From assembly GCA_002269645.1 (NCBI GenBank), contig NIVC01001675.1, positions 28,910 through 92,909 on the forward strand: a stretch of DNA of 64,000 nucleotides, read 5' to 3'. The notes beneath the pieces were generated by a model. It was not told where the DNA came from. It saw nothing but the letters and a program-made list of their open reading frames with translations, and made no database searches. Each line of letters starts with the position of its first letter. Within the stretch, counting starts at the first letter, position 1. The translations under genes and the position numbers were made by a program. Source of the stretch: Macrostomum lignano (lineage: Eukaryota). Positions 1 through 12,652 of the stretch are shown one piece after another.

Positions 1-1052
1 CTGCTGGCTGCAGTGGCTGGGGGTTGTCGATGAAGGCGTCTTGATGACGGAGCTCTGGGCCCCGCAGGGGCTGCCGCCGCTCATCGCCGAGGCTGCCGAA
101 GCTGACGCCGCGTTCTGGCCGCTGTTGTAGTAGGCGTCATTGTTCAGCCGGAAGTCGCTGGGTGTGAGATGGATCGGGTGGGGGTAGGTGGCTGGTCATC
201 GTTGATTGTTTTCTCAATGCGGGAGATGCACTGTTGTCGTCTGCTGTCATCTGCCCCCTGAGATACCCAATCCGCCCCCCTGACACACCCAATCCACACC
301 CTGAGACACCTAATCCGCCCCCTGAGACACCCAACCCGCTCCCTGAGACAACCAATCCGCCCCCTGAGACACCCAATCCGCCCCCTGAGACACCCAATCC
401 ACCCCTGAGACACCTAATCCACACCCTGAGAGACACCCAATCCGCCCCCTGAGACACCCAATCCACACCCTGAGAGACACCCAATCCACACCCTGAGAGA
501 CACCCAATCCGCCCCCTGAGACACCCAATCCGCTCCCTGAGACACCCAGTCCGCCCCCTGAGACTCTTAATCCGGCCGGCCCCCCTGAGACTCTTAATCC
601 GGCCTCTGAGAGACACAATCCGCCTCCTGAGACACCCAATCCGCCCTCTGAGACACCCAACCCGCTCCCTGAGACACCCAATCCGCCTCCTGAGACACCC
701 AATCCGCCCCCTGGGACTCTTAATCCGGCCTCTGGGCCCTGGGCCCTGTGACACCCAATTCGCCCCGAGACACCCAATCCGCCCCCTGAGACACCCAATT
801 CGCCCCGAGACACCCAATCCGCCCCCTGAGACACCAAAATTCGCCGCCTGAGACACTTAAACCGCCCTCTGGGAGTAAGACACAATCCGCCCATGATACT
901 CACTTTGTGAAGCCGCCGCACTGCGACCAGTGCTGCTGGAAGACTCCGTCCTGAGCGCCCATGCAGTCAAACTTCATCACGGAGTTTTGGCCGCCACCCC
1001 ACACCATGTCCTGCTGCTGTTGCTGCTGACTGGGATGCATGGAGTCGGTCAT
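1..1052 (-). CDS. Unidentified spliced gene fragment running off the left edge (low-complexity Q/S/A-rich protein)
   Basis: Strong donor AA|GTGAGT at 903. Open frame 1052..904 reads MTDSMHPSQQQQQQDMVWGGGQNSVMKFDC.... An open frame from ~192 to 1 reads TYPHPIHLTPSDFRLNNDAYYNSGQN.... The intervening segment is filled with a 21-bp repeat. The two exons could not be joined in frame with certainty. Confidence 0.35.
255..880. repeat. 21-bp minisatellite (CCAATCCGCCCCCTGAGACAC)n
   Basis: Direct inspection; produces the spurious ORFs at 137-921. Confidence 0.95.
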
Positions 1053-1469
1053 GGCTCTGACGAGGCTAAAATCGATGTGTGAAACGGAATCGTTCTTCTC
1101 GTCCAGGATGCAGGGATATAGTGATGATGCTGCAGTTGCTGCTGCTGTAGGCTTGCTGTGCTGAGGTGTGCCGATTGGGCGGCTAACATGACTGGGTTAA
1201 ACCTAAACCTAACCTGAGCTCGATCTGTTCCAACTGTCAGGCTGGAGCTCAGCCGGTTATTCGCACCTGTTTTTCTAACCGAATTTAATCCCGGGTCTTT
1301 GGAATTCGATTGGCTCACGACTTTGCGGGCAAGGATTTTTGGGGGGTATTTTTGCCCCTGCGTTCGTTTGAGAAAATCCTAGGGAGGAACTTCTACATCT
1401 TTCCTATTGGCTGGCTCTCTTAAGAGGGGGAGGGGGTTGCTTCAGATCTCATTGTGATGCAAATAAGGC

Positions 1470-2140
1470 CTCAGATCCTTCAGTAGATGGCGCTACCCTC
1501 CTCAGATCCTTCAGTAGATGGCCCTACCCTCCTCAGATTCTTCAGTAGATAGCGCTGCCCTCCTCAGATCCTTCAGTAGATAGCGCTGCCCTCCTCAGAT
1601 TCTTCAGTAGATGGCGCTGCCCTCCTCAGATCCTTCAGTAGATGGCGCTGCCCTCCTCAGATCCTTCAGTAGATGGCGCTGCCCTCCTCAGATCCTTCAG
1701 TAGATAGCGCTGCCCTCCTCAGATCCTTCAGTAGATAGCGCTGCCCTCCTCAGATTCTTCAGTAGATGGCGCTACCCTCCTCAGATTCTTCAGTAGATGG
1801 CGCTGCCCTCCTCAGATCCTTCAGTAGATGGCGCTGCCCTCCTCAGATCCTTCAGTAGATGGCGCTGCCCTCCTCAGATCCTTCAGTAGATGGCGCTGCC
1901 CTCCTCAGATCCTTCAGTAGATGGCGCTGCCCTCCTCAGATCCTTCAGTAGATGGCGCTGCCCTCCTCAGATCCTTCAGTAGATAGCGCTGCCCTCCTCA
2001 GATTCTTCAGTAGATGGCGCTGCCCTCCTCAGATCCTTCAGTAGATGGCGCTGCCCTCCTCAGATCCTTCAGTAGATAGCGCTGCCCTCCTCAGATTCTT
2101 CAGTAGATGGCGCTGCCCTCCTCAGATCCTTCAGTAGATG
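1470..2140. repeat. 31-bp minisatellite (CTCAGATCCTTCAGTAGATGGCGCTGCCCTC) x~21
   Basis: Units start at 1470, 1501 and so on; near-perfect copies. Confidence 0.95.
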
Positions 2141-2266
2141 TTCCTACCTTCTTCATTAGCTTCAGTGCTGCCATCCTAAATTATATTTAATTAGTGAAAT
2201 AATTGCATATATCTGCTAATCAGCTTTCGATATAAATTCTCTTCTTTTTCAGCCAATCGATAAATT

Positions 2267-2533
2267 ATGAAAGAAGTTGAACCCGGCAACTTCCTCTCCA
2301 GCCTGTACTTCAAGTACATCGTGGAAACTTCAATCTACATGCTGGAGCCCTGGGAACGGAAAGTGTTCAACATAGCCATGGTGCTGATTCTGGTCATGTC
2401 GCTGTACACAGGCTGGGTGTTCCTGCCGCACCACACCGTGATCCAGCACTCCCTGGGTCTGCTGGCCTCCCTGTTCAACGGCTCCTCTGAGGGAGATCTG
2501 CAGACCGCCAGTCCAGCGACTGGGGAACTGTGA
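2267..2533 (+). CDS. SPTSSA: Serine palmitoyltransferase small subunit (ssSPT A/B family), 88 aa
   Basis: Motif LYFKYIVETSIYMLEPWERKVFN...LYTGWVFLP matches the ssSPT family (YMLEPWER). Single coding exon, preceded by acceptor TTCTTTTTTCAG at 2252. Confidence 0.9.
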   Translation: MKEVEPGNFLSSLYFKYIVETSIYMLEPWERKVFNIAMVLILVMSLYTGWVFLPHHTVIQHSLGLLASLFNGSSEGDLQTASPATGEL

Positions 2534-2574
2534 GACAATGGTTGAGTACTGATGGGCATTGCTTGTGGGATAAA

Positions 2575-2800
2575 ACAGTGTGGGGTCTTAGTGTGGGATA
2601 AAACAGTGTGGGATGTTAGTGTGGGGTAAAACAGGGTGTGGGATCTTAGTGTGGGATAAAACAGTGTGTGGGGTCTTAGTGTGGGATAAAACAGGGTGTG
2701 GGATCTCAGTGTGGGATAAAACAGTGTGTGGGATTTTAGGGTGGGATAAAACAGTGTGTGGGATTTTAGGGTGGGATAAAACAGTGTGTGGGATCTCAGT
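2575..2800. repeat. 30-bp minisatellite (GTGGGATAAAACAGTGTGTGGGGTCTTAGT) in the SPTSS 3' region
   Basis: About 7 copies visible between the stop codon and AATAAA at 2960. Confidence 0.9.
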
Positions 2801-3235
2801 GCGTGTATGATGCAGCCATGCTCCTTTGTCAGTCGTGCTTTTTTAAATTTCGATAATTAATTGAAAAATCGATGCCTCTTTAAGTCACTTTTTGACCAAA
2901 TTTTAACAAAGAAATATCTGTATTAACAATCTGCAAACTGGGTATTCACTGTCTCCGTTAATAAACCTGTTAACAAACCTGTGTATCAATCAGCACTGCC
3001 ATTGCCATCCATCAAATCCTAATTTTTTACATCCTTTGCGTACTTTTAGTTTTGTGTTTGTACGCTCGTGTTTGAGATGAATTTGCCCAATTCAAATTCA
3101 AATTATTTCTCGACCGTGATTTTTTTAGGATATCTGCAAGTGAAAATATAAATATAAAGATAAATGTTATGACTTGTGCGAGGGTCTCATCCTTGATCTG
3201 CGGCTTTTGGTCTTTGTTGCTTTCATTTACGGTAT

Positions 3236-3248
3236 GTCTCTATCTGTC

Positions 3249-3297
<49 letters not shown>

Positions 3298-3376
3298 GTC
3301 TGTCTGTCTGTCTGTCTGTCTGTGTCTGTCTGTCTGTCTGTCTGTCTGTGTCTGTCTGTCTGTCTGTCTGTCTGCC

Positions 3377-3437
<61 letters not shown>

Positions 3438-3448
3438 GTCTGTCTGTA

Positions 3449-3543
<95 letters not shown>

Positions 3544-3563
3544 GTCTGTCTGTCTGTCTGTCT
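3236..3563. repeat. (TCTG)n microsatellite in an intron (donor GTATGT 3231, acceptor TTGCAG 3586)
   Basis: Direct inspection. Confidence 0.95.
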
Positions 3564-3595
3564 GACCCCTATCTGTCCCCATTGCAGCAGCCGCA

Positions 3596-4897
3596 ATGAG
3601 CGGACGCGCCAGTCCAGTCAGCAGCCACCACCTCCGGGCGCCGCCACTGCTGGAGAACATCCGACTGGTCACGGAGCACCCAGAGTCGCTGCCATCCGTG
3701 GCGGAGCTGATCCGCCACCTGCCGCCCTGCATGTGGGGCTGCCGGCTGCGTCTTGCCAACGGCCGCTTTATCCGCGTGGAGGCGTCGCACCTGCTGGCGC
3801 TGGACCGCTCGGAGACCGCAGGCTGCCCTGATGGAGGAAATCAAATCGTGAATTGCCAGACTAATGACTAAAACATTAAGTGTCTTAGTGATTGATTAAT
3901 TGCGGCTAATTAAGCTTAATTATCGCTAACTGGATGGTAATTACCGTTAATTGTAGGTGATTATCGTTAATTATTTCTAGTGACAAATTATACTAGGAAA
4001 TTATCGTAAAATATTTGTAGTAAGTAATAAATTGTAGGTAATTATCGTTCATTATCTATAGTAATCATTAATTGTAGGTATTTATCGTTAATTACCGGTA
4101 ATTACCCTTTATGCAACTGTAATTTGTAGCCTTAATGCAGTTGGTAAAAGTTTGCATATTTTCAGTTCATAAGCAACATAATTATAATACTTAATAATAG
4201 TTTTCTCGCACTGTTTCAGGTTGCAATTCAGGTTTCGTACCTCTCCTCTCTTCTCAAGCCATCTTCTCTAATCTCATCTCTCCTATTCTCCGTGCAGGAG
4301 TTCCTCAATTTTTAAATCTCTGAATTATCTCTGTTGAATGGAGTGCAGTTGATTTCCTGTTTTGCTTTTGCGCTTTTAAACGTTTCGAGCCTTTTTTGCT
4401 TCAAGTCTGCTTTTTTAATTGATCATCATCAGAAATCAGCATTTTTTAGTAATAAACTCTGACAATAATATTCGAATTGTACTACTTACACCCGCTGTCT
4501 CGGGTAGTAGTCTAATTCGCCAAGCAGCATCTGGTTGCTGGTTAGCCAGTACAGAAAGTCTGCACTCGATGGGCAAATAGTGAAATTTTTTATGAATTCT
4601 GCTCGAATTTTGTTTGATGTCTGCATACAGACGGCCTCAGGGGGCACCGGGAGAGGCTCCGCTCTTGGAGGCTCCTTGGTTCGAGATTGTTTGAGCAAGC
4701 CACTCGTCTCGGGAATGCTGAGGCACCCTGCAAGTTAGTTTGCTAACAAATAGATGCGCTGCTGCTCCACGGCTTGTTGGAGTCTTGTTTAACCGCTGAG
4801 TAATATATAATACGGCTGTCCGGATGTCGGCTGCTTGAGAAGGCTCCTGTGTAATTGAAGACTGCTTCTGAGTTCTTCAGCTCTGAATAGAGAGGCT
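3596..4897 (+). CDS. Possible 5' exons of the TRP-like gene (3596-3847, 4631-4733, 4881-4897), or a separate 91-aa ORF at 3596-3871
   Basis: GC-rich coding-like composition. Splice phases chain correctly (0, 1, 1) into the exon ending at 4934, but the donor at 3848 (GTGAAT) is weak and no homology was recognised. Confidence 0.35.
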
Positions 4898-6902
4898 ATG
4901 GATGCCACTCCTGCTGCTGCTGCTGATGGAGCTGGTACGCCTTGCAGTTCTGTCACTCCTGTCCAGGCACTCCAATTCTGTCACTCCAATTCTGTCACTC
5001 CTGTCCAGGCACTCCAGTTCTGTCACTCCAATTCTGTCACTCCTGTCCAGGCACTCCAATTCTGTCACTCCAATTCTGTCACTCCTGTCCAGGCACTCCA
5101 ATTCAGTCACTCCTGTCCAGGCACTCCAATTCAGTCACTCCTGTCCAAGCACTCCAATTCAGTCACTCCTGTCCAGGCACTCCAATTCTGTCACTCCAAT
5201 TCAGTCACTCCAATTCAGTCACTCCCGTCCAAGCACTCCAATTCTGTCACTCCTATCCAGGCACTCCAATTCAGGCACTCCAATTCAGTCACTCCTATCC
5301 TGTCACTCCCGTCCAGGCACTTCAATTCTGTCACTCCTGTCCAGGCACTCCAATTCAGTCACTTCTATCCAGTCACTCCCGTCCAAGCACTCCAATTCTG
5401 TCACTCCTATCCAGTCACTCCTATCCAGGCACTTCACCTCAGTCACTCCTGTCCAGGCACTCCAATTCAGTCACTCCTATCCAGTCACTCCTATCCAGGC
5501 ACTCCAATTCTGTCACTCCAATTCAGTCACTCCACTTGTCACTCTATCGCAGTCACTTTAGAAGTCGCTGTCTAAAATTCAGTACATACAGTATGTAAAT
5601 TTAAAATTACATGAACACACGTACATTCTGTACATGTAGAATTTAGCAATTGTCAAAACGCCTGACAAGTTTGCCATGCAGCCCGCAACCGCAAAACACT
5701 TGCGCACCTGCATGCAGCTGATCAGTTGTGCAACTCCGACTACCTGGAGCACCTGTCAGTCTTGGATGAAGAATCGCAGCAGTCTCACTGGGACTTTGTG
5801 CTCAGCTTGGCTCGCGACGACCCCAAATGGTCCCACCGTCTTGCCGACCATCTGGGGCCGGATCGGTGGCTGCGGTTCCTGCTCAGCTGCCAGCCGCATC
5901 ACCCTCCTGAGTACGGGCGGCAGCAGCACACTGATCCCACTAATCCCATTCTGATGGCGATTTTTCACGGCTCCCGACGGGTTCTGCTGTCACCCGATTG
6001 GCTCGGCTCAGACTCCAATCTTGGCCAGATTTGTCTGCCCAGTCTGACCGAGCCTGGGACTCGAACCAACGCCCTCCACGCGGCCGTGCTGGGAGCGGCG
6101 GCTTCGGCCGGCTCAAAACGGCAGCTGCAATTGATTGACAGCCTGTCTGATCGGGGAATTTTATCCCGAGAGGATTTGGCCAGCCTGATTCGTCGGGAGA
6201 ACTGCAGAGGCCTCCTGCCCGCTGAGCTGGCGGCCCACCTGGGCCTGCTGTCTATGGCCGAGAGCCTCCTGACTCGCTACTGGAGCGAGACGGACGCGCC
6301 GCTGCCAGGCCAGTTGCTGACCAGCTGCCGGCTTCGGGTGCTGGATCTGAGTTGCTATGCCAGCCCGAACTTCTGCGGCACCGGGCAGCAGCTCGGCTGC
6401 CGCTTCTTCAGGAGCCCCTTGATGCTGACGATGGACCGCTTCGGGATGCGCAATGTACACCTGCTGCGGCGGCAGGCCGTGTTCCGGTGCGTGCCCACTG
6501 GTTGATTGATTGATTAATTGGTTGATTGGATAGTTGAGTGATTGGTTGGTTGGTTGAGTGATTGGTTGGTTGGTTGAGTGATTGATTGGATGGTTGAATG
6601 ATTGATTGGTTGGTTGAGTGATTGATTGGATGGTTGAGTGATTGATTGGTTGGTTGAGTGATTGATTGGTTGGTTGAGTGATTGATTGGTTGGTTGAGTG
6701 ATTGATTGGTTGGTTGAGTGATTGATTGGTTGGTTGAGTGATTGATTGGTTGGTTGAATGATTGATTGATTGGTTGAGTGATTGATTGATTGATTGATTG
6801 AGTGATTGATTGATTGATTGAGTGATTGATTGGTTGGTTGAGTGATTGATTGGTTGGTTGAGTGATTGATTGGTTGGTTGAGTGATTGATTGGTTGGTTG
6901 AG

Positions 6903-6941
<39 letters not shown>

Positions 6942-7294
6942 GTGATTGATTGGTTGGTTGAGTGATTGATTGGTTGGTTGAGTGATTGATTGGTTGGTTG
7001 AGTGATTGATTGGTTGGTTGAGTGATTGATTGATTGATTGAGTGATTGATTGATTGATTGAGTGATTGATTGATTGATTGAGTGATTGATTGGTTGGTTG
7101 AGTGATTGATTGGTTGGTTGAGTGATTGATTGGTTGGTTGAGTGATTGATTGGTTGGTTGAGTGATTGATTGGTTGGTTGATTGGATGGTTGAGTGATTG
7201 ATTGATTGGTTGAGTGATTGATTGATTGGTTGAGTGATTGATTGGTTGGTTGAGTGATTGATTGGTTGGTTGAGTGATTGATTGGTTGGTTGAG

Positions 7295-7333
<39 letters not shown>

Positions 7334-10064
7334 GTGATTGATTGGTTGGTTGAGTGATTGATTGGTTGGTTGAGTGATTGATTGGTTGGTTGAGTGATTG
7401 ATTGGTTGGTTGAGTGATTGATTGATTGATTGAGTGATTGATTGATTGATTGAGTGATTGATTGATTGATTGAGTGATTGATTGGTTGGTTGAGTGATTG
7501 ATTGGTTGGTTGAGTGATTGATTGGTTGGTTGAGTGATTGATTGGTTGGTTGAGTGATTGATTGGTTGGTTGATTGGATGGTTGAGTGATTGATTGATTG
7601 GTTGAGTGATTGATTGATTGGTTGATTGATCGGCTGGTTGACTACTCGATCGATTGATTGATTCATTGATTAATTCATTGATTGATTCATTGACGGATTG
7701 CTATAGATTGATGGATGTATTAACTGACTGACAAATTGAGTAATTTATAAATCTAATATACTATTAGTAAAGGATTATTTTGTTAACATATGCGAGAAAC
7801 AAGAAATTCATCACTCGCTTTATCACTCGCCGTCAGGCACTTCAATAGTTCTACTGAATTTAATAAAAAGCATAGATACTCGTCAATTGGAACTCCAGTC
7901 ATCCCGGTCTGTTCCTGACTTGGCTGGAGCAGCTTGAGCAGCAAACCCGCGGCATCATCACCTGCCTCACAGTGCTCAACTTGTCTGTGTACTCGGCTCT
8001 GATTGCGGGCCAGCTCACCGTCCTGACTCCAGTCACCCTGCTTATCGATTCGACCGAAGACCAAGGAGACTCGGCGCTGCATCACTGCCTGCTGCTGGCC
8101 TTCGTGATATTGGGGAACGGATACCAGGTGCGCTCCACTGACATTGTCACTCCTATTGTCACTCTCCTAGTCACTCCCAGTGTCACTCCCAGTGTCACTC
8201 TCCTAGTCACTCCCAGGGTCACTCTCCTAGTCACTCCCATTGTCACTCTCTTAGTCACTCCCAGTGTTACTCTCCTAGTCACTCCCAGGGTCACTCTCCT
8301 AGTCACTCCCAGTGTCACTCTCCTTGTCAATCCCAGGGTCACTCTCCTAGTCACTCCCAGTGTCACTCCTAGTCACTCCCAGTGTCACACTCCTAGTCAC
8401 TCCCAGTGTCACTCTCCTAGTCACTCCCAGTGTCACTCTCCTAGTCACTCCCAGTGTCACTCTCCTAGTCACTCCTAGTGTCACTCCCGCCGTCTCTCCC
8501 GCAGGCCGTCATGCTCATCTCCTTCCTAGTCGGCAGACGGCGGTCCCTGAGTCACTCCGGCTGCCCTGCCGGTCCCCGCGAGGGCAACCCCGAGATCGGC
8601 CGCTACGCCGCCTGCTGCTCCGTCTGCTGCCTCTGCGCCGTCGCCCTCCTCGCCCTGCTGACAGCGGCGCCATTCCAGCCCGGATCTCCGGCCGCATCGG
8701 CTGCTCACCTGGCGGCCTCGACGGCGCAGCTGCTGCTGCTGCTGACGGCCACCTACCTGACTCTTTGCCAGCTGCGCAGTCTCCGCTGGGAGCCCGTGTC
8801 CCAGTTCGCATTCTGCCTGATCTGCTGCCTGAACTCCTTCATCCCGTTCACGGTGCTGTACTGCTTGCTGATCTACCTGTTCGGCAGGCTGCTGGCTCCC
8901 GAGGTTGCCAAGGCCGCAGTCACCGCAGGTGATGGAGGGGGAAGTGCTGGCGCCCAGGCTGAGATGGGATCTGGCGCTCTTCAGGTGAGACTGATATCGT
9001 GATATGATATGCAGCAGGTTGATCTAAGGAGGTCAAGTGACCCCTAATTATTCCTTGAACAGAATCTATTTGGAGTCACGGGGGTCAAGTGGCTTCTATA
9101 TTTGTTGGTTATTTAAGTCGGGGTCAAGTGACCTCGTTCTGTAATGTTAAATGAACCATTTAAGCTAGTGGAGGTCAAGTGACCCCCACCTTAAATTGGA
9201 ATCTAATTTGAGACCAGTGGAGGTCAAGTGACCCACCTCAATAGAATCCTACAATATTTGGGACCAGTGGAAGTCAAGTTACCCCCCATCAGTAAGAATC
9301 CCAGTTGAGACCCGTAGAGGTCAAGTGACCCCCTCCTTCAATAGAAATCCCATTTGGGACCCGTGGAGGTCAAGTGACCCCTTCCCCTTCAGTAAGAATC
9401 CCAGTTGGGATCAGTGGAGGTCAAGTGACCCCCTCCATAAATAGAGATCCCATTTGTTACCAGTGGAGGTCAAGTGCCCTCTTCAGTAGGAATCCCAGTA
9501 GGGAACAGTGGAGGTCAAATGACCCACTTCAGTAAGAATCCCAGTTGGGAAGAGTGGAGGTCATATTCGAGACCTGTGGAGGTCAAGTGACCCCCTGTTT
9601 TCATATGTTTTTCTACAAGAATCCCAACTGAGGTCAAGTGACGCCAATCTGCCCAGCTGTACCAGGCCTTCCTGCTGTCGCTGAACATCCTGACCAATCG
9701 CAGCCAGAAGTTTGTGGAGCCCTCGCCAGGCGAGGAGGCAGCCTTCGCCAGACTGCAAATCCACTTCCTGTTCGTGATCATCCTGCCGGTGTTCTTCATC
9801 AACTTTGCCATCGCGATGCAGTCCATGCTGCTGTCTGCGGTGCAGGACAGCTTCGTTGAGCACCGGGCGCTGTTCCTGGTCACCGTGAGCAGCCTGATGG
9901 AGTTCTGTATGGCACCTTTTCGTAAATGGCTGGGTCGTAATCCAGATGGCAGGGTTGTGCTCCGCTGCCCGCCTAGCAACTGCCACTGGACTGATGATGC
10001 TGCCGCTGCTGAAGTGCTCGATGAAGGAGGCGAGACTGCGAAACTTCAGGAGCTCGATTGTTAA
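4898..10064 (+). CDS. Divergent TRPV-like cation channel (ankyrin-like N-terminus, 6 TM, pore loop), at least 652 aa
   Basis: Exons 4898-4934, 5682-6486, 7899-8127, 8505-8984, 9657-10064 join in frame (1959 nt) with GT-AG ends. TRPV-like motifs: NALHAAVL; ENCRGLLPAELAAHLG (cf. NxxGLTPLxLAAxxG); VLDLSCY (cf. LYDLSCI); six hydrophobic segments; S6 FVIILPVFFINFAIAM (cf. ILLLNMLIALM). Confidence 0.75.
4950..5545. repeat. Composite minisatellite (TGTCACTCC / AATTC / TGTCCAGGCACTCC) filling a TRP intron
   Basis: Direct inspection; lies between donor GTACGC (4935) and acceptor (5681). Confidence 0.9.
6502..7700. repeat. (GATT/GGTT)n microsatellite with a 20-bp higher-order unit
   Basis: Direct inspection; source of the spurious 501-aa NQSI ORF. 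Confidence 0.95.
8140..8490. repeat. 12-bp minisatellite (GTCACTCTCCTA/GTCACTCCCAGT)
   Basis: Fills the intron 8128-8504. Confidence 0.9.
9025..9645. repeat. Degenerate ~45-50-bp repeat with a conserved palindromic core AGGTCAAGTGACCC (~13 copies)
   Basis: The core recurs at ~9031, 9121, 9173, 9221, 9319, 9367, 9418, 9512, 9580, 9631, plus variants; the spacers are more diverged. Confidence 0.85.
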
Positions 10065-10175
10065 TGAGGACCATGGACCAGGCTGCTTAAAGTGCAACTT
10101 CGGTTCTTCTCTTCTTGAACTCGATTTTTACAAGGGCTTTGGAATTCTGATGGATGAAAATGAAAATTAGGATAT

Positions 10176-11065
<890 letters not shown>

Positions 11066-11874
11066 AGTGTCTGTTTTTCTGTGTCTTGGTGTCTGTTTGA
11101 TGTGTTTTCGGGGATGTGTCTAGGTATTTGTCTTTTGGTATGTGCATTTGGGATGTGTCTGCGAATGTGTCTTCAGGAGTGTGTGTTCGGGCATGTGTCT
11201 TTCAACGGTGCGTGTTATGTTTCTATAAATATTTATCAATGTTTGAGAAAAAATTATTTTTCAACAAGTCCCGCAGAAATTTAGGTTTAATATCAAAAAC
11301 TTTTTATAAAATATTCGGCAAAATCAGCTGTCTCTGAATTTATATATTTTTAGTTTGTAATTTTGTTTAATTAACTACGACGTACAGATTTGGTGCAGAG
11401 TTAAATTCCGTAAAAATTCAACTGTAAAACCAATCTCAAGAATAAATACTCAAATACTACCCATACTCATACAGCGCACGATTGCAAAATTAAAAGTCAG
11501 TACAAACAGTATAATGTACAGTAATATATTCTAGATTATTATTATACTTATATAAAGCATCCTTCGCTGTCAGAGACTTCTCAGCAGCTGTCTGTGAGCG
11601 CATTGGGGACAAATGTGAAACTGCTTGAAGTTGGGAAAAATCACGCGTGTACAAATTTGCGTGCCTACAGGAATGGCTTTCAGATGAGGAGGCCATTTTT
11701 ATGGTAAAATGTTTCGCTATATAGACTACTCAGTTCTACTCAATGAGTAACATGAATGAGGTTTCGCCATCTTGTTGCTAGGTTTATGGAGACCGTCAAC
11801 TTGTCACTGAATCCATCTCAGTGAGATAAATAATACACTTATCCAGTTTGGCTGATTGATCAATCGGACGAGGT

Positions 11875-11893
11875 ATCAATCAATAAGTTAATT

Positions 11894-11971
<78 letters not shown>

Positions 11972-12006
11972 CCAACCAACCAATTAATCAATGAATCAAT
12001 CAATCG

Positions 12007-12039
<33 letters not shown>

Positions 12040-12120
12040 CCAATCAATTAATCAATGAATCAATAAGTAAATAAATAAATCAATCAATCAATCAATCGAT
12101 CAATCGATCGATCAATCAAT

Positions 12121-12200
<80 letters not shown>

Positions 12201-12257
12201 TAATCAATGAATCAATCAATCAATTAATCAATGAATAAATCAATAAATAAATAAATA

Positions 12258-12308
<51 letters not shown>

Positions 12309-12375
12309 TAATCAATGAATCAATCAATAAATAAATCAATCAATCAATCAATCAATCGATCAATCAATCAATCAA

Positions 12376-12420
<45 letters not shown>

Positions 12421-12640
12421 TAATCAATCAATCAATCAATTAATCAATCAATCAATCAATTAATCAATCAATCAATCAATTAACCAATCAATTAGTCAAT
12501 TAATCAATCAATTAACCAATCAATCAATCAATTAATCAATCAATCAACTAACCAACCAACTAACCAATCAATTAATCAATTAATCAATCAATTAACCAAT
12601 CAATCAATCAATTAATCAATCAACCAATCAATGAACCAAT
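11875..12640. repeat. (ATCA)n microsatellite
   Basis: Direct inspection; lies just beyond the sHSP stop codon. Confidence 0.95.
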
Positions 12641-12652
12641 CAGACGGTCAAG

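Noticed and set aside
6161-7666. 501-aa NQSI-rich ORF, and similar repeat ORFs ([25 protein letters not shown])
   Set aside because: All are open frames through micro- or minisatellites, with no coding-type composition or splice support.
9025-9645. CRISPR-like look (conserved palindromic repeat with variable spacers)
   Set aside because: The spacers are related to each other, the context is a eukaryotic intron, and there are no cas genes. It is a degenerate tandem repeat.
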